A stretch of 50,257 nt of DNA, from the IMG/VR virus record IMGVR_UViG_3300021090_000030, positions 1 through 50,257 of that record. One strand, written 5' to 3'. Shown piece by piece: positions 25,922 to 33,909 of the stretch; positions within the stretch are counted from its first letter, which is position 1; each line of letters opens with the position of its first letter. Origin of the DNA: a virus. Lineage: Duplodnaviria; Caudoviricetes. Position numbers and translations under genes: made by a program. Under the pieces are notes generated by a model. It had not been told where the DNA came from. It did no database searches and saw nothing but the letters and a program-made list of their open reading frames with translations.

Positions 25922-28279
25922 ATGGCAGTCCGAAAAAGCATCAATCAGATAAAATCTGAACTCCAAAATAAGATATTCAAGGGTGGAGAGTACTGGATTG
26001 AGAAGCAGTTTGCCGATTTGGGTAACTATTCTGGAGTTGTAGAAGTCCCTAACACACAAAATATGGTCTATGCCCGCCTGGCTAACGGACAAGTTGTAGA
26101 AGTCTTCAATAACGTTGCTCCGAACATTTACAACTGGAAAGTATCCATAGGTAGGGACAAATCGCAACCGTCTCTTGTAAAGGTTGTCGAAGTACGTTGG
26201 GTGTATAACATTAGAGAAACGATCGCCTATATACTGTTCCATCACAAACAACACGAATACCCTAACCCAGATACAACATGGATAAGTCGTGACAATTTTT
26301 TGCCGTTGTTGGTATTACCTAAGAGTGGATTTACTGTTAGACTGTACGGAGATGTCATTTATTCGTCTAGTATGCCGTATCCGGTACGTGTACTGGATGT
26401 CGATGACTTAGACGTATCATCTTACGTAGTTAGTGCAGGAGCTAGATACGTCTTGCTCGAAGCCGACTCTACTGGAGCTCTAAATTACGTCGTTGGAGAT
26501 ACAGTCACTTCACGAGAAGTTTTATATACTCAACCGTTGCCAGTTCCTACTCTAGGCTCGTTCCCTATTTGTGCTTTCATCTTCTATGAAGGACAAACCG
26601 AGCTGAGAAGGGATAGCGTAGAGAGAACAATTATTGACCTACGCATGTTTACGTCAGATAGTAGCTTGAATGTTGCTGCCCAAATTCATGCCGCTACAGG
26701 TAAAACTACTCCAGTAGACGCTGACGAGTTTGGACTTACGGATAGTGTAGCAAGTTGGATATTGAAGAAGGTAACGTGGACTAACATCAAAGCCACGCTC
26801 AAGATCTACTTTGACACATTATATTCGGCACTTGGACACGTTCACGACGCAGCAGATGTAACCTATACACCTGCGGTGCTTGCAGATTGGGATGGATCTG
26901 CCGATCCTGGGGATGTAGACCAGGCACTGGATCAACTGGCCGAACGTATGACGACGGGGGGTGGTGGCCTACCCAATCCCTTTGCACTAACTGCCGATAT
27001 TACTCCAACTCCACTCTCGGCAAGCGTGAACGACTACGATCCCACAGGATTGTCTACTGCCGATATTATCAGAATTGACGCGGATGATGAACCTTATTCA
27101 ATTACAGGTCTTGTGGGTGGAGCCGATGGCAGGATCGTCATTTTCCATAATGTTAGCAATGATTGGACGATTGATTTTCCGAAAGAGAGTACGTCATCCG
27201 CAGCCGCTAACAGATTCGACTTCCCGAATAGCATCCGGCTCCGATCGAAGCGAACTCTGGTCATTCAGTATGATGCGGCTATATCCAGATGGAGAGCAAT
27301 TGCCAGTGACGATGCAGTCTCAATTCAAGGTGTAGCAATAAATCCGGGTTTGGCATCTCTTCTGGATGTGAACGAGACCCTTGTCTTCGATGGCGAAGAA
27401 CTTGTACCTGCTCCATTTCCCACAGATGAGAGTATTCAGGATATTGTCGGAGCAATGTTTAGTGGAAACACAGAGACAGGCATCACGGCTACTTACCAGG
27501 ATGCTGATGGAACTATCGACCTGGAAGTCACAGGCAGTGGGTATCCCCCCGGACATTTGTTTGGCTGCGAACTGTCGAACAACGGAACCGATCCGACCAA
27601 TGACATTGATATAACTGCCGGGAACTGTCGGGACAGTACAAACGCAGTAGATATGACCATACCAGCACGCATAAAGCGCCTTGATGCGTCGTGGGTGACC
27701 GGGACGAATCAGGGTGGTCTTTCCTCATCTCTAACCATTGCCAATATCACTTATCACGTTTTTGCGATCCGAGTGGCAGGCGTGGATGATGTGGGTTTTG
27801 ATACCAGTGTAGCAGCAGCCAATCTTATTGCGGACCATTCTGCTACCCACATAAGGAGACTCGGCTCTATTATTCGAGTTGCTGGTGTGATTCTGCCGTT
27901 CACCCAGGTAGGTGATTACTTTGAGCTACAGACTCCTGTAAGAGATGCGAATGACGTAGCCGGAGAACTTGGTACTTCATCTAGAACCTATACTCTTGCT
28001 AGTGTTCCGACAGGAATTGTGCTCAGGACAAATATCACCGGCTTTACGTGGAAGGTTGCCAATTATGCTGCGGTGTATGTCCGGGCACTTACTCAGGTGG
28101 ACGTAGCAGCAGCCTACAACACTAACGCGAATGTCTACGATGTCTCAGGTGGAGCCGGAGCATCAAGTAATCTTGTAGTCTGGACAAACACCAGTGCGCA
28201 GATCGCTGCACGGTCGAATGTTACATCTACCAACCTTATTATCATTACTCGCGGCTGGATCGACACACGAGGTCGATGA
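25922..28279 (+). CDS. Tail fibre / receptor-binding protein (modular)
   Basis: 785 aa T/S/D/G-rich mosaic typical of fibres; position. Confidence 0.65.
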   Translation: MAVRKSINQIKSELQNKIFKGGEYWIEKQFADLGNYSGVVEVPNTQNMVYARLANGQVVEVFNNVAPNIYNWKVSIGRDKSQPSLVKVVEVRWVYNIRETIAYILFHHKQHEYPNPDTTWISRDNFLPLLVLPKSGFTVRLYGDVIYSSSMPYPVRVLDVDDLDVSSYVVSAGARYVLLEADSTGALNYVVGDTVTSREVLYTQPLPVPTLGSFPICAFIFYEGQTELRRDSVERTIIDLRMFTSDSSLNVAAQIHAATGKTTPVDADEFGLTDSVASWILKKVTWTNIKATLKIYFDTLYSALGHVHDAADVTYTPAVLADWDGSADPGDVDQALDQLAERMTTGGGGLPNPFALTADITPTPLSASVNDYDPTGLSTADIIRIDADDEPYSITGLVGGADGRIVIFHNVSNDWTIDFPKESTSSAAANRFDFPNSIRLRSKRTLVIQYDAAISRWRAIASDDAVSIQGVAINPGLASLLDVNETLVFDGEELVPAPFPTDESIQDIVGAMFSGNTETGITATYQDADGTIDLEVTGSGYPPGHLFGCELSNNGTDPTNDIDITAGNCRDSTNAVDMTIPARIKRLDASWVTGTNQGGLSSSLTIANITYHVFAIRVAGVDDVGFDTSVAAANLIADHSATHIRRLGSIIRVAGVILPFTQVGDYFELQTPVRDANDVAGELGTSSRTYTLASVPTGIVLRTNITGFTWKVANYAAVYVRALTQVDVAAAYNTNANVYDVSGGAGASSNLVVWTNTSAQIAARSNVTSTNLIIITRGWIDTRGR

Positions 28280-28330
28280 CTTAGAAACATTCCCAATATG
28301 TTGGGATGAAAAACAAAAGGAGTAAATAAC

Positions 28331-28585
28331 ATGTCAGCATTACCTAATTCAAGATCGACTTTCGGGGTTATAGGGGCGGTTGAGATCACACCAGACGATG
28401 ATGTTGATCTCGAAAAGGCCACACGTGGAATTTACGTGGGCGTCGCCGGAAATTTGAAGGTAACTCTGTTGAATGGGGATACAGTCACCTATGTAAATCT
28501 CGCCGCTGGAGTTACACATGCAAAGCAGATAGTAAGGGTATGGGATACCGGTACAACCGCAACTAATATTATCGGAGAATACTAG
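28331..28585 (+). CDS. Head spike base protein (RcGTA Rcc01079-like)
   Basis: ITPDDDVDL..TRGIYVGVAGNLKV...VRVWDTGTTATNI matches the family pattern. Confidence 0.75.
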   Translation: MSALPNSRSTFGVIGAVEITPDDDVDLEKATRGIYVGVAGNLKVTLLNGDTVTYVNLAAGVTHAKQIVRVWDTGTTATNIIGEY

Positions 28586-30130
28586 ATGAAAATAGACATT
28601 GGGTTGTCACTTGGGTCAGGAAGAAAAACAGGGTCGTCTGATGTCATTCAGCCAACTGTGACAATTACCGTTGTGGGTGGAAGTCCTAATGCAAGTCTGC
28701 CCCTTGTTATCGAATTTGCTCTTAGTGAACCATCACCGGATTTCATTTCTAGCTGTGTCGATGTTGATGGTGGAACAATTGCTAATTTTGGAGGGTCTGG
28801 CACTGCCTACACTTGCGAAGGCATGCCTGCTTTGCCAAACGGGACGATGACCTTTGACATAGCTGCCAACGCTTTTCACGATATGGTGGGTAACGGAAAT
28901 GCAGTCGCGACCCAACTGGTTGTGGTGTCAAGTGCGTTTGAGCTTGCCGATGAATTTACCGATACGGTAGCTCCAGGTGCAGTGAATGGATCGACTGCGA
29001 CGCCTACAGGTCAAGCAAGAACAGCCACAGACACAAACTCGAAATTATCCATTGGTTCCGGAGTTGCTAATTTCGCAACGGGTGGTGCCGCAGCAGGAAA
29101 CCCGGGGTTATGGTATCCAGGTAGAGCAAGGGTTGCAGGCAAGGCGTTGATTGCACGTATAGCAGGTACGAACACCAATTACTCTGTTGGATGGGATTCT
29201 AATGCCGCTGGTGGAGTGTCTCAGGCGCTCAACTTTTTCACAACGGGTGTTGTACGTGCGTTCCTTTATGCGATTGTGCCGTTGACAGTTGGTGCGAACC
29301 CTACATCAGGAGCAAATGTATATTGTGCAATTCTCCTGAGAGCCACCGGAGCACGCTTTTTCATTAAGGAGGCAACTGCCTTCTCGAAATGGAGGTTCTT
29401 GTATCCTGATAAGAACGGAGCCGACGCTACAGTATATGCTTCTCTGAACTCACAAGGTGTGACTGCTGTATTCACTTCGGGTTTCATCCGCATTCCTGAA
29501 AATCTTATTATTGCTCCTCCCCTTGCATCGGATGCCTTCACGCGTACAAACGGTGCGTTGGGTAATACAGGTGGGGGAGGTTCAGAAGAATCAGGTGGAA
29601 GTGGTTTGGCTTGGACAAATCAGCTGGGAACAGTTCAGATCTCTGGCAATAAAGCAATGGCGACTGTACTGAGTGGCGATAGAGCTATCTGTACTGTACC
29701 TGTTGGTTCGGAGAGCGCGTTTCTTGAAGCAGCGGTAACTCGTGGAACGACCGGAGTCGGGTTGGTGCTACAATATGTAGATGCAGACAACTATGTTTAT
29801 GTCAGGCGTACTGCTGCAAATGTACAGTTGATAAACCGTGTAGCCGGTGTAGAAACCACTACCATAACCGGAACTCCTGCCGAAGTGAACGGCTCAAGGT
29901 TGATGGGCGTCATTACAGATATAACCACAGAAATAGTTGTACGCACTTACTACAATGAAGCTCTAGTTGGTGGCGAACAATATCTGTCGAATTTTGGCGG
30001 ACATGGAACGTCCGGCGACAAAATGGGTTTGATTTTCTTTGACCTTGACAGTAGTGTTGATAATTTCGTTTGTTGGGCAAGGGGCGTTGAAGATGAGTAT
30101 GAAGATGTGTTCAACAAGTACGCGTTGTAG
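28586..30130 (+). CDS. Head spike/fibre protein with Ig-like and lectin-like domains
   Basis: N-terminal IGLSLG anchor after spike base; PTVTIT...FGGSGTAYT...AANAFHDMVGNGN Ig-like motif. Confidence 0.6.
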   Translation: MKIDIGLSLGSGRKTGSSDVIQPTVTITVVGGSPNASLPLVIEFALSEPSPDFISSCVDVDGGTIANFGGSGTAYTCEGMPALPNGTMTFDIAANAFHDMVGNGNAVATQLVVVSSAFELADEFTDTVAPGAVNGSTATPTGQARTATDTNSKLSIGSGVANFATGGAAAGNPGLWYPGRARVAGKALIARIAGTNTNYSVGWDSNAAGGVSQALNFFTTGVVRAFLYAIVPLTVGANPTSGANVYCAILLRATGARFFIKEATAFSKWRFLYPDKNGADATVYASLNSQGVTAVFTSGFIRIPENLIIAPPLASDAFTRTNGALGNTGGGGSEESGGSGLAWTNQLGTVQISGNKAMATVLSGDRAICTVPVGSESAFLEAAVTRGTTGVGLVLQYVDADNYVYVRRTAANVQLINRVAGVETTTITGTPAEVNGSRLMGVITDITTEIVVRTYYNEALVGGEQYLSNFGGHGTSGDKMGLIFFDLDSSVDNFVCWARGVEDEYEDVFNKYAL

Positions 30131-30142
30131 AAAGGAAAAACT

Positions 30143-31360
30143 ATGACAGAGGAACGTACAACACAAGCAGGACGACTGAGACCAGCCTACAACGCGAACA
30201 CTCTGGTCAATCAACTATTCGCCAAAACTACTAAAGTAACGATAGCAGAGGGAGTAGCTGAAGAGTTTCCTGACGTCTCCTTCTACCAAGCCGTCATTGA
30301 CTGGAACTTGATGAGTGCCCACACCCGGTCAATCATTATCCGTGCAGGCCAGAGGAATTGGGTAGATGAGAAGTTCAAGACCAACTGGGTAGAGGCAAAG
30401 CGTCGAAAACTGTATCGTGGAGTGTACTGGCTCTACGATGGAAGGGAGAGTCCAGGCTTCCAAGCTAATCTTTTGAAGTCTCTAATAGAGCACGACATAC
30501 CTGAGATGGAGATATGGGTAGATTGGGAAATAAACTATAAAGGCTCGTACGAAGGACTCAAGAATGTCGTAGCCATGATGCAAGCTCTAGAAGCTATGTT
30601 CCCAGGAAAGGAAGTAGGTTTGTATTTAGGCTATTATTGGATGATTGCTAATAGCAACGTATTACTCAATTACTCTCAGTACCAGTACTTAAAGACTCGT
30701 CCGCTATGGTTAGGACAATACACACCTTCGCCTATAACTAACTTGCTAATACCGGCACCATTTAGTCTATCAAACCTGCGGCACCACCAATACGGTACGC
30801 CAGTAAGAGGCAAAGAGTTCGGTTGTAGTGGTTCGTACGAGATAGACATGAACCGATACGCAGACCAACAAAAGACATATGCTGAACGTTATAACGTAAC
30901 TACCCCACCAATCGTAATATCAAACGGAGGAACAATGGCTGGAACACCTATTACCCCTTTATGGATGGAAGTAACTGCAACCAAATTGAACGTTAGAAGC
31001 TCTGCGGGCGGTACTGTCCCCGAAACAGATTTGGGCGACCTATACCTACACTCAAAGGTCTTAGTAGACCAAACCTACATGCTCGGAACAATAACCTGGT
31101 ACAGAGCAGTAAAGGCCTACAGCCCCGACGGTAAGCAAGTACTTTTGGCTGACAAAACTCCTTTGGAAGGACATACGAATTGTTGGCTCAGTGGTACGTA
31201 CTTGACTCCCTCGTCAGCCCCTGTGCCCATACCGGACCCTACTCCTGCTCCTATACCCACAGCCGATGAGCTGCATATTGACGTGAGTATTGTAGGCGGA
31301 AAGATAACTGGCTCCCTTGAAGGGGTAGCACAGGGCAAACCATTTACCATAACATACTAA
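30143..31360 (+). CDS. Endolysin, GH25 muramidase-like with SH3-like C-terminal domain
   Basis: DVSFYQ..IDW, IIRA, RGVY, VDWE, LWLGQY, IDMN; LNVRS SH3b-like; PT-rich linker. Confidence 0.8.
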   Translation: MTEERTTQAGRLRPAYNANTLVNQLFAKTTKVTIAEGVAEEFPDVSFYQAVIDWNLMSAHTRSIIIRAGQRNWVDEKFKTNWVEAKRRKLYRGVYWLYDGRESPGFQANLLKSLIEHDIPEMEIWVDWEINYKGSYEGLKNVVAMMQALEAMFPGKEVGLYLGYYWMIANSNVLLNYSQYQYLKTRPLWLGQYTPSPITNLLIPAPFSLSNLRHHQYGTPVRGKEFGCSGSYEIDMNRYADQQKTYAERYNVTTPPIVISNGGTMAGTPITPLWMEVTATKLNVRSSAGGTVPETDLGDLYLHSKVLVDQTYMLGTITWYRAVKAYSPDGKQVLLADKTPLEGHTNCWLSGTYLTPSSAPVPIPDPTPAPIPTADELHIDVSIVGGKITGSLEGVAQGKPFTITY

Positions 31361-32124
31361 TGAGCACCATACGATTCAACTACAGGGGCCTCGGAAGTAA
31401 GCAGTACGTGAAGCTACTTCCGGATACTAAAGTGCCCCAATGGGACTACAAGTGTCGTTCCCTATTTAGTCATTCTGACGGGTTACTAGACAATCACGGA
31501 TACCCGCAAATGGTACCTCTAAAGAGTCGTCATGGTACCAAACTAACTGAATCGTGGCAGCGTTATTTGATGGATGTCCAGTGTGTTTATTACTTTGGTA
31601 TTCCATTCGACTTGCTCTCTAAGGACCGCAGAGATAGGATGATACGGTGGTTTAGTAGTATGTACGACGGTAATAGGTTCATAACTAACAATGCGGGTGT
31701 AGACACTCGTGAAAATGTATTTACGGGTGCACATGAAGGGGCTGGATGGCCTATGGCTCAAGAGGTTGTGTGTGCTGTAAATCTGTTAGAGCTTGACAGC
31801 TTGGAGCCCGAAACAATTGCAGGTGATTTGTGCTACAGAATAAAGACTTTGAACGGAAGTCAACATCCGCCAAACTTTATGAGGGTCAACTACACAACCA
31901 GTCCTGCATATATACATGTTGCCGTTACATGGCTTTATAACGACGATCCTAGCATAACCACGCCTGAGCAAAGATTCAAGACGGGGAACTTCCCCCAAAT
32001 GGAGAATGTAGGTTTTGCTGGTCATTCGCTGTACCCGAATATAAGTCCTGAGGGAATTAATTGGGTAGAAGTAAGTCGTGTTGAGTTAGTTACGTCAGAA
32101 CATATCAATCATTTCGAGGTATGA
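31360..32124 (+). CDS. Hypothetical protein in lysis block
   Basis: 254 aa, coupled to endolysin; no recognisable motif. Confidence 0.7.
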   Translation: MSTIRFNYRGLGSKQYVKLLPDTKVPQWDYKCRSLFSHSDGLLDNHGYPQMVPLKSRHGTKLTESWQRYLMDVQCVYYFGIPFDLLSKDRRDRMIRWFSSMYDGNRFITNNAGVDTRENVFTGAHEGAGWPMAQEVVCAVNLLELDSLEPETIAGDLCYRIKTLNGSQHPPNFMRVNYTTSPAYIHVAVTWLYNDDPSITTPEQRFKTGNFPQMENVGFAGHSLYPNISPEGINWVEVSRVELVTSEHINHFEV

Positions 32125-32125
32125 G

Positions 32126-32701
32126 ATGATAGACGACATCGAACTGAAAGACCTCGTAAGGCTATTGAATGCGTTGTCAGATGCTCACGAGCCTGAAACT
32201 ATGGACCATGCTAGGCGCTGCCGAGAAAGTACCATTCGCATAGCTACGCAGTTAGGTATAAAGGGTATGGAGTTGAGGTATATGGGGTACGCAGCGGATA
32301 TTCATGACATAGGTAAGGTAGGAATATCATCAGACATTATACGTAACCCGGGACAGCTTACTCACTCAGAAAGAGCAGCCATTGAAACACATTGCGACAT
32401 AGGCTACAGAGCTTTAACTCTAGGTGGGGTACCTAAACTTATTACTGAAGCAGTGCTCTACCATCAAGAACATTGGGACGGTTCAGGTTATCCGGAAAAG
32501 CTAGAAGGCATACAGATACCTGTAGGAGCTCGCATCATATGTATTGCAGACATGTGGGACGCGCTGCTAAGCCAAAGGCCCTATAGACCAGCCAAAACAT
32601 TTAAAGAGGGTTTGGAGATCATGAATGAAAATATAAACTGGTTCGACCCAGAAATATACGCTATATGGATAAAACTAGCATACGAGGAGAAACATGGATA
32701 G
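32126..32701 (+). CDS. Stand-alone HD-GYP phosphodiesterase
   Basis: ETMDH, HDIGK, H, HQEHWDGSGYP, ARIICIADMWDA, RPYR. Confidence 0.92.
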   Translation: MIDDIELKDLVRLLNALSDAHEPETMDHARRCRESTIRIATQLGIKGMELRYMGYAADIHDIGKVGISSDIIRNPGQLTHSERAAIETHCDIGYRALTLGGVPKLITEAVLYHQEHWDGSGYPEKLEGIQIPVGARIICIADMWDALLSQRPYRPAKTFKEGLEIMNENINWFDPEIYAIWIKLAYEEKHG

Positions 32702-33122
32702 CTTGACAGTATCTCAATTCTTATCAGGCGTAGTAACCATCATCATTGTACAGCTGTTCGCTATGTGGAATAACAACCGTAATCTGAAGGCACAGGCGCC
32801 TCTAACAAACGCTCAGTCAGAGAGTGAGATATCCGAAGCATGGGAAAGAGTTGCTAACGGGTACGCAAAGCAAATTGAGACTCTTCGAAACCTAGAAACA
32901 GAAAATGCAGAGTTGCGACCCCTGGTACTCAAGCTGGCACTCCAGGCAGAAGCCATAAAGCAGACTCAACGTGATAAAGAGGACTGGAAACGGTATGCAG
33001 AGAAGCTAACTAAACAAGTCGAGGATTGTGGCCAGATGCCCATTCCTTTCCGTCGACTTCCCACTAGTAATGGAGATACGGGACCTTACAAACCTGTCTC
33101 ACCCGTACTTCCCGCAGAATGA
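32694..33122 (+). CDS. Membrane-anchored coiled-coil protein (lysis accessory, putative)
   Basis: N-terminal TM then coiled coil. Confidence 0.55.
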   Translation: MDSLTVSQFLSGVVTIIIVQLFAMWNNNRNLKAQAPLTNAQSESEISEAWERVANGYAKQIETLRNLETENAELRPLVLKLALQAEAIKQTQRDKEDWKRYAEKLTKQVEDCGQMPIPFRRLPTSNGDTGPYKPVSPVLPAE

Positions 33123-33146
33123 CTATACCTACGAAAGGAGGTATCC

Positions 33147-33524
33147 ATGAAAAAACTACTGTTCTTGTTTGTGCTTGTTGTGTTGGTTGGTTGTGCTCCC
33201 GTAGAAGTAAGTCCGACCAGTATCGCAGTCCAAATCCCAATTGAGATTACGACAGCCCTTAGCATAGGCTTCGTTGCCCTCATGACACTCGGAACTGCTT
33301 GGCTACTACAGAAGATCGGACTCGACCTTACAGGATTCGCAACGCCTGTCGCCATGGCTGTTAGCATTTGGGTCGTGGCTGAGCTACAAAACATCATCAA
33401 CACCATCTCTGAGACGTACGATCCCATCTTGAATATTGTTCTCAAGATCATCGTAGTCGTGTTGGGATCGGTTGGCGGTCTTGCTCTACGCCATCGACCG
33501 ACATCAGACACTAGACTGATATAA
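33147..33524 (+). CDS. Holin-like multi-TM protein with lipoprotein-type signal
   Basis: MKK-hydrophobic-LVGC lipobox, then three hydrophobic helices, basic tail. Confidence 0.55.
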   Translation: MKKLLFLFVLVVLVGCAPVEVSPTSIAVQIPIEITTALSIGFVALMTLGTAWLLQKIGLDLTGFATPVAMAVSIWVVAELQNIINTISETYDPILNIVLKIIVVVLGSVGGLALRHRPTSDTRLI

Positions 33525-33569
33525 GAAAAACGGCTGGTATCTACTTCTGATACCAGCCGTCCTTTTCTT
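33523..33569. terminator. Bidirectional intrinsic terminator between convergent arms
   Basis: acggctggtatc/gataccagccgt 12-bp stem flanked by A-rich and T-rich tracts. Confidence 0.85.
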
Positions 33570-33579
33570 GATTGAAAGG

Positions 33580-33909
33580 CTATTCAGTTGGCCCCTCCAT
33601 GTATATGGTTGTTCGTACCCAAATAATGAACCTCTGTACACTCTCATTGATCTCTCCGTCAAAGCTTTCAAGTAGCTTATACAAGCCCACCAAGCTCTTT
33701 CTCTTACCAGTCATCCAACACCATCCCCCTCGTTGTCTGTATACATTACCCCCAAAGATAAGCATGCTGGTACAGTGAACGTAGTGCTTAGAGAAGAAGT
33801 ATAGTTGATGTGCATCACCAGACCTAGTTGTATGAACATAGAATTTGGCAAACTTAGCAAGCACTTCTATGCGGTTCGGTGAAGCAAGTTCATCATACGA
33901 TCTGCTCAT
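33580..33909 (-). CDS. Hypothetical protein
   Basis: 109 aa overlapping polymerase stop. Confidence 0.6.
   Translation of the reverse strand: MSRSYDELASPNRIEVLAKFAKFYVHTTRSGDAHQLYFFSKHYVHCTSMLIFGGNVYRQRGGWCWMTGKRKSLVGLYKLLESFDGEINESVQRFIIWVRTTIYMEGPTE

Noticed and set aside
25922-30130. Diversity-generating retroelement or invertible fibre cassette
   Set aside because: No reverse transcriptase, recombinase or template/variable repeat pair seen
9490-33511. Numerous - strand ORFs within the structural operon (e.g. 12452-13096, 20576-21103)
   Set aside because: Antisense shadows of well-supported + strand genes
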